Source of the DNA: Candidatus Sabulitectum sp.
GTDB taxonomy: Bacteria > Fermentibacterota > Fermentibacteria > Fermentibacterales > JCC-6
DNA length: 64,000 bases
Direction of reading: 5' to 3'
Assembly: GCA_023139045.1 (NCBI GenBank)
Contig: JAGLOJ010000014.1
Span: forward strand, 22,264 to 86,263
Shown here: piece after piece, positions 10,099-18,735 of the stretch
How the letters are laid out: each line of letters opens with the position of its first letter
Numbering within the stretch: position 1 is the stretch's first letter
Notes under the pieces: generated by a model
The model's input: only the letters and a program-made list of their open reading frames with translations
Database searches by the model: none
What the model was told of the DNA's origin: nothing
Translations under genes and position numbers: made by a program

Positions 10099-10955
10099 TG
10101 CACAAAATTTCCATTGAAGCACCGGCCAAGATCAACCTTGGTCTCAGAATCACAGGAATGCGGGCTGACGGATTTCATTCACTTGAAAGTATTTTCTCGA
10201 CAGTAACCCTTTCTGATAAAATTGAAGTTTCCATGGACAGGAATGCAGCAGGTATCTCTCTTGAGTGTTCAGGAGTTTTCTCTCCTGCCGGGGAAGACAA
10301 CCTTGTATGGAAGACAGCAAAGGCCTTCATGGACGAAACGTCTACCACAGGTGGTGTCACTATTTCCCTCCACAAGAGTATCCCCTCTCCAGGTGGACTG
10401 GGGGGAGGAAGCAGCGATGCTGCAGCTGTTCTTCTTGCGCTGCAGAAACTGACACACTCTGAAGCAGACATGACAGCCATTGCGGAAAGGCTGGGCAGCG
10501 ATGTTCCTTTCTTTCTATTGCAGACAGGAGCGGCTCTTGTCCGGGGAAGAGGAGAAATTCTCGAACCTGTCCACCTGCCTCACTTCCACTGTGTTCTGGT
10601 TCACTCAGGGGAAAATATTCCCACACCGATGGCCTTCAAACTGTGGGATGAATACAAGGGGGACTTGACAGAGGCATGCCATATAAGCAATTATACCGCC
10701 CTGAAATTTGGAGTTTGGCATGAGGGTAAGCCTTTCCCTGTCAAACTTGACAACCACTTTCTGTCCCTTCTCCACAGCCGCTTTCCAGGTGTGACCCGGA
10801 CGGCTGAGGAATTGTCCCGGTTGACTGTTAACTGGGGGCTCAGTGGCTCAGGACCAACCTTCTACACCCTCTTCAGGTCCGAAGTCGAAGCAAGGGAAGC
10901 GGAGGATCATCTTGCCGGGAAATTCCCGTGGGTGTTCCGTTGTCAATCGAGATAG
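10098..10955 (+). CDS. ispE: 4-diphosphocytidyl-2-C-methyl-D-erythritol kinase
   Basis: APAKINLGL, KSIPSPGGLGGGSSDAAA (GHMP ATP loop), LGSDVPFF, GRGE and LSGSGPT motifs. Confidence 0.93.
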   Translation: MHKISIEAPAKINLGLRITGMRADGFHSLESIFSTVTLSDKIEVSMDRNAAGISLECSGVFSPAGEDNLVWKTAKAFMDETSTTGGVTISLHKSIPSPGGLGGGSSDAAAVLLALQKLTHSEADMTAIAERLGSDVPFFLLQTGAALVRGRGEILEPVHLPHFHCVLVHSGENIPTPMAFKLWDEYKGDLTEACHISNYTALKFGVWHEGKPFPVKLDNHFLSLLHSRFPGVTRTAEELSRLTVNWGLSGSGPTFYTLFRSEVEAREAEDHLAGKFPWVFRCQSR

Positions 10956-10964
10956 AATTGGAAT

Positions 10965-11039
10965 TGGGGCGTCGTCAAATGGCAAGACACAGGGTTTTGG
11001 TCCCTGCATTTGGAGGTTCGAATCCTCCCGCCCCAGCCA
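10965..11039 (+). tRNA. tRNA-Gln (anticodon TTG)
   Basis: Acceptor stem TGGGGCG/CGCCCCA, anticodon arm CAGGG-TT TTG GT-CCCTG, T-loop GGTTCGAATCC and encoded 3' CCA. Conserved position after ispE. Confidence 0.96.
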
Positions 11040-11069
11040 GCTTTCCCATCAGTAACGAAAGGAATAGTA

Positions 11070-11699
11070 ATGCCGATCCAGTTAACAATGGAAAAGAGAG
11101 TAAATCTCGGTTCCAGAGAGTCAAGAAGACTCCGCAGAGCAGGTAGTCTGCCGGGAGTTATCTACGGGCAGGGTTCAGACATCTCAATAAAGATTGAGCA
11201 GATTGAATTCATGTCCAAAATTGGTTATTCCAAGTCCCTGGGTATTGTCGAACTTAATGTCGAGGGTGAAATCCTTAAGAGCATTATCAAAGAAGTTCAG
11301 TGGGATACTCTCACAGACAAGCCTGTCCACCTTGATTTCCAGCAGGTTTCCGATGACCAGCTTGTTACCGTACCGATTCCCATCAAACTCGCAGGAATAC
11401 CTCTTGGCGTTTCCATTGAAGGTGGAATTCTTGATCACTCCATGCATGAACTTGAAGTCACCGTTAGAGCAGCAGATATCCCATCAGAGATTTCGTTTGA
11501 TGTTGCCGGGCTCAATCTTGGAGACAGGCTTCACCTCTCCGATGTTGACCTTCCTGAAGGCCTCACCGTTGACTTTGCATTCGATCCTGTTATTGCAGGC
11601 GTGATTGCACCCAAGGCTCTCCTGGTCAAGGAAGAGGAAGAAGAAGAAGGAACCGAAGAAGAGGCCGCCGAAGGCGGAGAAGACTCCTCCGAGGAATAG
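11070..11699 (+). CDS. rplY: 50S ribosomal protein L25 / general stress protein Ctc
   Basis: SRRLRRAGSLPGVIYG and IIKEVQWD...HLDF motifs, a TL5-type C-terminal domain and an acidic tail. AAAGGA RBS precedes the ATG at 11070. Confidence 0.95.
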   Translation: MPIQLTMEKRVNLGSRESRRLRRAGSLPGVIYGQGSDISIKIEQIEFMSKIGYSKSLGIVELNVEGEILKSIIKEVQWDTLTDKPVHLDFQQVSDDQLVTVPIPIKLAGIPLGVSIEGGILDHSMHELEVTVRAADIPSEISFDVAGLNLGDRLHLSDVDLPEGLTVDFAFDPVIAGVIAPKALLVKEEEEEEGTEEEAAEGGEDSSEE

Positions 11700-11708
11700 G
11701 AATAAAGA

Positions 11709-12287
11709 ATGTGTATTTCAGACCCGGAGATCAGCATAATCGTATGTCTTGGTAATCCAGGTCCGAAGTACGCTCTTACATGGCACAACGCCGGCTTCTG
11801 GGTAGCAGATATTCTTGCCCGTGAAGCCGGCGTTTCCTTTAAAAGAGCGGGAGCGTTTGAAATCGCTTACATGCCCGGCGGCCTTCACCTGGTTAAACCG
11901 TCAACTTACATGAACGAGAGTGGCAGATCAGTGGGAGCCATTCTCACCGCCAGACAGAAGGATCCGGAGAACATGCTTGTCATCTGTGATGATATTAACC
12001 TTTCCCTGGGAACACTCCGCCTTCGCAAAACCGGCTCAGCCGGCGGCCAGAACGGTCTCAAAGACACAATCGAGGTGCTGAAAACTCAGGATTTCCCAAG
12101 GCTGAGGATAGGAATAGGACCGAAACCCGAGAAAATGAGTCTGGCAAAATATGTCCTGAAGAAAGTGCCGAAGCAGCAGCAGGAACTTGCCTCTGTTATG
12201 GCCCACAGAGCAGCTGACTGCGCTCTTGAGGTTGTAAAAAACGGCGTGGAAGCTGCTCAGTCAATCTACAATGGAATCTACGAATAA
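11709..12287 (+). CDS. pth: Peptidyl-tRNA hydrolase
   Basis: LGNPGPKYALTWHNAGF, KPSTYMNESG, GSAGGQNG and RLRIGIG motifs. Follows rplY. Confidence 0.94.
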   Translation: MCISDPEISIIVCLGNPGPKYALTWHNAGFWVADILAREAGVSFKRAGAFEIAYMPGGLHLVKPSTYMNESGRSVGAILTARQKDPENMLVICDDINLSLGTLRLRKTGSAGGQNGLKDTIEVLKTQDFPRLRIGIGPKPEKMSLAKYVLKKVPKQQQELASVMAHRAADCALEVVKNGVEAAQSIYNGIYE

Positions 12288-12348
12288 ATCAGAAAGTGGA
12301 GGCACTGCTTTCAGCAATGCCCCCGTTCCAATTTCAATAAGCAAAAAA

Positions 12349-13947
12349 TTACTGCATGGCAGCTATCATGCCGAAAAATGCGAATCCTGTTGCTACAGCG
12401 TCGCTTCCATCCATGGACATTTCACTGACGGCTTCACCGTCGGCGAAGGTTCCATCCCAGGTTAAGACAACATCTGAACCGAGTTCAGGAATATCCATTC
12501 CGTCGGGGCTCATGGCCATAACCATGTTCAGGTAACCGGCAAGGCTCATCTCTCCGGCCATCTCACCTGTTCCCTCAAGCTCTGCAGAAATGTAATCACC
12601 GGAAACAATGTTCAACAGAACAGCAGGCTCCGGTGCTGTCTCAAGAAGAAGTGCTCCATCATGAACAGTCATCCAGTAATCGAATGTGATACTGGCTGCT
12701 GAATCAGGAAGAATTATCATTGTTAAGGAGAAGAAATCAACTCCGTCAATCTGAATTATTCCGTTGTCCTGGAAGTTGAAGGAATTTGCCATCTCTTCAT
12801 TCTGTTCAATGTAGGGCATGATAACTCCTAGATATTCGGAATACATCACCGCAATATCCTCAATCGAGATATCAGCCGTTACCTCATATGCAGCAACCAT
12901 ATGAATAAAGTCATCATCATAAATTGAGACAGCGCCATTTGAAGCCATTGAAGCCCAGAAGTGCAACATGTCTTCACTGAGCTCTGTGGTGAATACTTCC
13001 GTAAAGGCTTTCGTAATTTCAAAGGCAATCTCTTCAGGCATGCGGAAACGAACAGTGGCTAAATCACCCTGAGTCAGGTAATCAAGCATGTTGGTTCCGG
13101 ATGTGTGAACAAGAATTTCAGCGAGATCAGTACCAGGAACAAAGCTGATTTTCTTCCGCATCACAAAATCCTCAGGCCCTGTGATAAAGGTCAATTCCAA
13201 CATGTCGGCCTGCGTAAGAAACGCTTCGATACCATCCATGTAAACATCTATGATGGCTGGTACAAAAGAAGGCATGGTTGTATCAGCTGCCATTCCCTGC
13301 ATCATCATCATTCTGGCCATTGGCATCTGCGCGGCAGCCATAGGTCCGATCATGGAAAGGTTGATCTTCATTGTAAGACTGGTAGGAGCAACTTCATCAG
13401 ATACATCGGGAGCAAGACAGGAGATCAGCGTTTCAAGTTTTGCACTGGACATGGTCATAAGAGCCACTCCGCGCACGCCCGCCAGATACATTGTTCCGTT
13501 TTCTGCATCCATTGAGTAGACTGCAACGCCACCGAGTGGTTCCTCGTTTGCCAACTCAACTTCCATTTCCTCCATAAGTGAAACAAAGAGAGGAAAATCA
13601 GGTGCGGAAACAGCCATTCCCATACTCTGCGGCATGGCACTTTCCATCCAGAAGACTACCGGGCCTGACGGATCAAATCCGTACCTTGCCGGCATTGAGT
13701 CCAGAGAAGAGACATCCAGTTGTTCGCAGATGAGATTTTCAAGAAGGTTCACTCCGAGAACAGGAGCGCCCTCTTCAATATAACCGTCAATATTCCTCAC
13801 CATTCCAGCGGGGTCATTAAGAACAATCGAGATCATAGCTCTCTCTGGAAGCACAGACAGCGGACTGGCCTCTTCTGCAACACCGCCACCACCGCAGGCC
13901 GTGATAATCAGTACGGCGAGCAGTGCTGGAAGTAAAAAGCGTTTCAT
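12349..13947 (-). CDS. Hypothetical acidic, Met-rich lipoprotein
   Basis: MKRFLLPALLAVLIITAC lipobox with AAGGGAG RBS. 532-aa open frame with no recognised catalytic motif. Confidence 0.75.
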   Translation of the reverse strand: MKRFLLPALLAVLIITACGGGGVAEEASPLSVLPERAMISIVLNDPAGMVRNIDGYIEEGAPVLGVNLLENLICEQLDVSSLDSMPARYGFDPSGPVVFWMESAMPQSMGMAVSAPDFPLFVSLMEEMEVELANEEPLGGVAVYSMDAENGTMYLAGVRGVALMTMSSAKLETLISCLAPDVSDEVAPTSLTMKINLSMIGPMAAAQMPMARMMMMQGMAADTTMPSFVPAIIDVYMDGIEAFLTQADMLELTFITGPEDFVMRKKISFVPGTDLAEILVHTSGTNMLDYLTQGDLATVRFRMPEEIAFEITKAFTEVFTTELSEDMLHFWASMASNGAVSIYDDDFIHMVAAYEVTADISIEDIAVMYSEYLGVIMPYIEQNEEMANSFNFQDNGIIQIDGVDFFSLTMIILPDSAASITFDYWMTVHDGALLLETAPEPAVLLNIVSGDYISAELEGTGEMAGEMSLAGYLNMVMAMSPDGMDIPELGSDVVLTWDGTFADGEAVSEMSMDGSDAVATGFAFFGMIAAMQ

Positions 13948-14066
13948 TCCATCTCCCTTCAAGTATAGTTAAATTCCTACCTGTCATAGTTTAATCAATC
14001 CATCATGCTCTTGTCAAAAAAGAGGTACTTTGACTGCGGGGTTGTAGTTTCATTAGAATTACAGCT

Positions 14067-14861
14067 ATGAGTAACACTTTCGACCTTTTCAGCAGCATTG
14101 CCAGTAGCGATGTGCGTATATTGTTCCTTGATACCGAGACCACCGGACCGGATCCGACTACTGCTGAAGTTTGTGAAGTTGCATTCCTTCTGGCAGAATA
14201 CAAAGGATTCACCTTCACCGGTGAGAAGCAGGTCTTCGAAGCTCTTGTCAAACCATCAGTTCCGATTCCACCGGAAGCTTCTGCTGTGAACCGGATAAGT
14301 AACAGAATGGTCAGCAATTCTCCACCTGCGGAAGAATTAACTGAACAAATCAGGAAACTCACTGAGCAGGCAGATTACATATCTGCCCATAACCTTCCTT
14401 ACGACTACACTATTCTTAAAAGACAGTACCCCTCACTCTTCGGTGGCTTTAACAAAAGTACACATATAGATACTCTCAGGCTTTCAAGACAGATCTGGCA
14501 GGAAATACCATCTCATGCCCTTCAGGCTCTCAGGTATCGGTTTGAACTTGATCGGGATATCCGGGGAGAGGCTCACCGAGCACTATTTGACACCGAGCTG
14601 GTGCAGTCTCTGCTGCACTTTTCTCTCAAACAAACTGATTGTCTTGACCTGCAGAATAGCTGGAAATCACTTGTAGATTTCATAATTGCCCCGCTGGAGG
14701 TGAAAATTTTCACCTTCGGCAAGTACAGAGGCAATCTTGTGGAAGATACAGTTGCGAACGATCCCGATTACATCAGATGGCTGCTTAAGCAGAAATGGCT
14801 TTCAGAGGAACAACCTGATCTTTATCACACAATTCTCAGTAAAACAGGAGCGAAAAAATGA
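14067..14861 (+). CDS. DEDDh 3'-5' exonuclease (ExoX/DnaQ-like)
   Basis: ExoI FLDTETTG, ExoII AHNLPYD, ExoIII AHRALFD and a C-terminal FGKYRG...DPDYIRWL domain. Confidence 0.9.
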   Translation: MSNTFDLFSSIASSDVRILFLDTETTGPDPTTAEVCEVAFLLAEYKGFTFTGEKQVFEALVKPSVPIPPEASAVNRISNRMVSNSPPAEELTEQIRKLTEQADYISAHNLPYDYTILKRQYPSLFGGFNKSTHIDTLRLSRQIWQEIPSHALQALRYRFELDRDIRGEAHRALFDTELVQSLLHFSLKQTDCLDLQNSWKSLVDFIIAPLEVKIFTFGKYRGNLVEDTVANDPDYIRWLLKQKWLSEEQPDLYHTILSKTGAKK

Positions 14862-16171
14862 CATCCGGTTCCAGCTCCAGCTGGCTTGTAAAGGGCGGGA
14901 ATACGCTCAGCGGCACACTTGTACCATCGGGCAGTAAGAATGCTGCACTTCCCATTCTGGCTGCTGCACTGCTTACGGATCAGCCTGTTACACTGCACCG
15001 CTGCCCTAACATCCGTGATGTAAGAGCCATGATCGACCTTCTGCGCAATCTTGGCGCAAATATATCCAGTGGCTCTGATCCGCACACTGTCACAGTAACC
15101 GCCTCCCGGATCAACCCTGCCGATCTCAGCGAAGAACTTTCACGAAAAATCAGAGCTTCAATACTGCTTGCAGGGCCACTGGTGGCAAGAACCGGCTCTA
15201 TTGAGCTGCCCCCTCCGGGAGGAGATGTCATAGGTCGAAGACGACTTGACACTCACTTTCTCGTTCTTGAAATGCTCGGTGCTGAAGTTTCCTTCAAAGA
15301 TAGAATGATAAGAGTAGATGCGCCTGCGGGGCTCAAAGGAACAGAAATCCACCTTGATGAACCAAGTGTAACCGCAACTGAAAATGCCATTATGGCCGCT
15401 TCAGTGGCAAAAGGCACCTCTGTTATCTACAATGCCGCATGTGAGCCAAATGTACAGGACCTTGCCATTCTGCTCCGCAGTATGGGCGCAGAGATTCAGG
15501 GTGAAGGAACAAACAGAATCACCATCCACGGCAAAGGGAAGCTGCTCAATGGCACTACCCACACTGTATGCCCGGACCACATAGAGATTGGCAGTTTCAT
15601 CGGTCTTGCTGCCTGCTGCAGGGGCAGAGTGGAGATACCCGGTGTTCCTGCCGGCATTATCAGACCGACAATGATCGGTCTGGGCAGGCTGGGTGTACAG
15701 ATAATTCACGAGAATGACACACTCATAATCCCGGCTGATCAGGATCTGGTTGTCAATCCTGACAGAAGTGGTGACATTCCCACTATTTACGATTCTCCCT
15801 GGCCCGGCTTCTCACCTGACCTTACCAGTACAGCTGTTGTTGTTGCAACACAGGCAACAGGAACAAGCCTTATTTTCGAGAAAATGTTTGAATCAAGAAT
15901 GTTCTTTGTTGACAAACTGGCAGCAATGGGAGCAGCTCTTATCCTCTGTGATCCCCATCGTGTCGTAGTATCCGGTCCATCCAGACTTGTTGGAACAGAA
16001 GTTTCAAGCCCGGATATAAGGGCAGGCATGGCTCTTCTAACGGCGGCCCTCTGCGCACGGGGAGACAGTGTTATCCACAACGTGCATCAGATAGAGAGAG
16101 GCTACGAAAATATTATTGAACGTTTAAACAATCTTGGCGCCAGCATTAGACCGCTTAACAGCCTTGAATAG
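14858..16171 (+). CDS. murA: UDP-N-acetylglucosamine 1-carboxyvinyltransferase (Asp-type active site)
   Basis: SGSKNAALP, IRASILL, PGGDVIGRR, SVTATEN, FESR, DIRAG and IERGYE motifs. Confidence 0.96.
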   Translation: MTSGSSSSWLVKGGNTLSGTLVPSGSKNAALPILAAALLTDQPVTLHRCPNIRDVRAMIDLLRNLGANISSGSDPHTVTVTASRINPADLSEELSRKIRASILLAGPLVARTGSIELPPPGGDVIGRRRLDTHFLVLEMLGAEVSFKDRMIRVDAPAGLKGTEIHLDEPSVTATENAIMAASVAKGTSVIYNAACEPNVQDLAILLRSMGAEIQGEGTNRITIHGKGKLLNGTTHTVCPDHIEIGSFIGLAACCRGRVEIPGVPAGIIRPTMIGLGRLGVQIIHENDTLIIPADQDLVVNPDRSGDIPTIYDSPWPGFSPDLTSTAVVVATQATGTSLIFEKMFESRMFFVDKLAAMGAALILCDPHRVVVSGPSRLVGTEVSSPDIRAGMALLTAALCARGDSVIHNVHQIERGYENIIERLNNLGASIRPLNSLE

Positions 16172-16179
16172 GACACACC

Positions 16180-17112
16180 ATGAATAGATTTGTATTAACC
16201 GCTGTTGCTCTACTGCTGATTCTAGCCGCCTGTAGTAATTCTGAAGAAGAGGTAAGCTGGCCCGATGGCAGCACACTCTGGCTATCGGGCATTTATGCAG
16301 ACACTGCATTATCCTGGTCTCCTTACGGAGACATCCTTTTCTTCTCCACCTACACCACGGGAGCCACCAGACTCTACGGAACAGATGGCCTGACCAACCC
16401 CATAGAGCGCACTTTCACCAGCATGGATGAATTCATGGGCCCACTGGGTGCCTGGAATGCAGAGAACGGCAGAATTGTTTACACTGCTCTGAATGCAGAC
16501 AGCATGCGCAGCCAGATCAGGTCAATCGCCGGTAACGATATTTATGTAACTGTTCACATTCAAGACAGTCTTCTAAACGCCTTTCCCACTTACAACATTG
16601 ACGGTGACAGCATTCTTTATTGTGGCAAAGTTACTGGAAACTGGCGTCTTTATCAGGTTTCCCATAACCATACTCCCGATTCTCTGGATGACCCCGTTCT
16701 TCAGAATGCTTTCCCCGACGGAGACATTCTCAGGCCATCCTACAGCCCGAACACCGGCAACTGGATTCTGTTCCAGCACAGAGCCACTTCCTCCGATGAC
16801 TGGGACATTATGATCGCTCACCAGGATGGCAGCGAACAGAGAATACTGGCACAGAGCTCTGCTGACGATATTCACCCGACATGGGGTCCGAGTGATAATT
16901 GGGTCGCCTTTTCATCTGACAGAACCGGTAATTACGAGATTTACTTAACTGATGTAACCAACGATACTCTTATTCAGTTAACTGACGACCCTGCAATGGA
17001 TCAGTATCCCGCCTGGAACCCGAAGAAAAACTGGATTGCATTCAGCTCCGATCGAGCATCAGGCAGCTGGAACATGGATATATTTGCTATTGATGAACCT
17101 GAATTGCCCTGA
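16180..17112 (+). CDS. TolB-like PD40-repeat beta-propeller lipoprotein
   Basis: LILAAC lipobox and repeated PSYSP/PTWGP/PAWNP...IAFSSDR (PD40) units. Confidence 0.85.
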   Translation: MNRFVLTAVALLLILAACSNSEEEVSWPDGSTLWLSGIYADTALSWSPYGDILFFSTYTTGATRLYGTDGLTNPIERTFTSMDEFMGPLGAWNAENGRIVYTALNADSMRSQIRSIAGNDIYVTVHIQDSLLNAFPTYNIDGDSILYCGKVTGNWRLYQVSHNHTPDSLDDPVLQNAFPDGDILRPSYSPNTGNWILFQHRATSSDDWDIMIAHQDGSEQRILAQSSADDIHPTWGPSDNWVAFSSDRTGNYEIYLTDVTNDTLIQLTDDPAMDQYPAWNPKKNWIAFSSDRASGSWNMDIFAIDEPELP

Positions 17113-17573
17113 TTGATATTGTTGATCATAGATCGTGGAAGAATTGACTGGGCTTGAATAACTGTTAATCGGTAACCCTTTCAGGGAACAGCAGTCGCCC
17201 GGGATGCCCCGTGTACGGGTCGGGGCTCAGTGTAGCAGCGCGTTATATCTGCACTTGATACTTGACACTTGACAGGGTTCTGGGTTAAACTCCATTTCGT
17301 CGCGGCGAAACTAAGTACGAATTGTAAAATCTGTTGGGTATATTTTCGGTCAAGTGCTCTTTTTCACACACACCCACACCACAGCCACGACAGTTGTGCC
17401 GCGGTCAGCTGTCACTGACAATAAATATCATGTTATGTATGTGATCTGTGGAATGACATTTGCATAACGTGCTGTTCCATGCCCTGCCTGCCATACATTT
17501 ATAGAATTACCCGCAGTGAATGAAGCGCTCCGACCTGTTTCAGAAGGTGAGTGAACTGTGCAGACCTGCCGTT

Positions 17574-17609
17574 AAAAAGCAAGAGGCCGCCGGAAAACCG
17601 GCGGCCTCT
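17574..17609 (-). terminator. Rho-independent terminator of the TBDR operon
   Basis: Perfect 12-bp stem AGAGGCCGCCGG-AAAA-CCGGCGGCCTCT with an A5 tract at 17574-17578 (U-tract on the minus strand), 20 nt after the stop at 17630. Confidence 0.85.
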
Positions 17610-17629
17610 GCTTCTGAACTTCTGTATCT

Positions 17630-18721
17630 CTACAGAAGCATCGTTTCAATAGCCTGCATGAGCCTGACAGGGAAGTCGGGATCTGAAGCCTTAATATCAA
17701 GACCAAAACCTTCATCCTGACAGATACCAAGAGCAGGTCTGAAGTACTGATTTCTGTAGGCCATGGCTGCTGCCATACCCCTCAGCTTCTGATTATCGAT
17801 TCCTTCATAATGGCTGAATGAATACGCTCCCTCATCGGCAAGACCGAGAAGGGCTGCGACTCCGAGGTAGGGGTCACCATTCTCGCCTTTTGCATCCTGA
17901 AGGATACCGTAGGCCGCTACACCATCGTTGGCAAAAGCAGTATGTCCTGCTGCGCTTTCGAAAGTTGCGTAACCAAAAGACATCTCATTCTCATTCATGC
18001 ACCAGGTTCTGTAACCGTCCTTCCGTACGTAAGGAACGCTCATGTACACAGAACTGGCCGATGTTCCGTTAACAATGGAATCGACACCGCAGTTCGCGAA
18101 TGAAAGTCCATTGGCCACAGTGAACAAGGCCATCACATTGGGATGATCGATCTCGAACTTGTACTGGAACCTGATGTTGGAATACTTTCCATACAACCAG
18201 TCACCAATTTCCTCGTTATCAAGGGTTTCTTTGGGCAGGTCAGGCCCTTGTGTGCCTCCCCAGAAGAGGGTATCACCATCAACGACAAGGATGGTGTCAC
18301 CAAAGGCGTTAATAACCTGAATATCGTTGGCTGTAAGTTCAGGATAAACGCATTCGAACTTAGACCAGTCCTTATTCTGAGGAATTATCACTGCATTGAA
18401 CTCAACTGGCCATGTTCCATTGTCGAGCTGAACTGCCATGAAGTCATACTGATGCCCGATTACCCAGTAATCAGGAAGCAGTATTGAACACCATCCGGCG
18501 CCAACATAGGCATCAGAACGAGAAACATCCATATCGATAGCATTCTTGAAGTTCAACATGGCTGCCTCGTAATCGCCATCCTCAAAAGCATCCCAGCCTG
18601 CATTGACAAACCCCGTGTATCCTTCAACTTCAGGATACTCTGTAACGTTGTCATAGCATCCTGCTACAAGAATGAGGGAGGCAGCAACCACAGCTATTAT
18701 CATTGTGTTGATTTTTTTCAT
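17630..18721 (-). CDS. TPR-containing lipoprotein, function unknown
   Basis: LILVAGC lipobox and a TPR-like segment NAGWDAFEDGDYEAAMLNFKNAIDMDVSRSDAYVGAGW. Last gene of the operon. Confidence 0.75.
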   Translation of the reverse strand: MKKINTMIIAVVAASLILVAGCYDNVTEYPEVEGYTGFVNAGWDAFEDGDYEAAMLNFKNAIDMDVSRSDAYVGAGWCSILLPDYWVIGHQYDFMAVQLDNGTWPVEFNAVIIPQNKDWSKFECVYPELTANDIQVINAFGDTILVVDGDTLFWGGTQGPDLPKETLDNEEIGDWLYGKYSNIRFQYKFEIDHPNVMALFTVANGLSFANCGVDSIVNGTSASSVYMSVPYVRKDGYRTWCMNENEMSFGYATFESAAGHTAFANDGVAAYGILQDAKGENGDPYLGVAALLGLADEGAYSFSHYEGIDNQKLRGMAAAMAYRNQYFRPALGICQDEGFGLDIKASDPDFPVRLMQAIETMLL

Positions 18722-18735
18722 TATTCTTCCCCCCC

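Noticed and set aside
10965-11069. tRNA-Gln as an integration site
   Set aside because: It is followed immediately by rplY-pth, and no duplicated tRNA 3' end or integrase was noticed in the window.
11631-11699. GAA-rich repeat at the end of rplY (and a similar one in tonB)
   Set aside because: It encodes an ordinary acidic low-complexity tail or linker and is not an independent repeat element.
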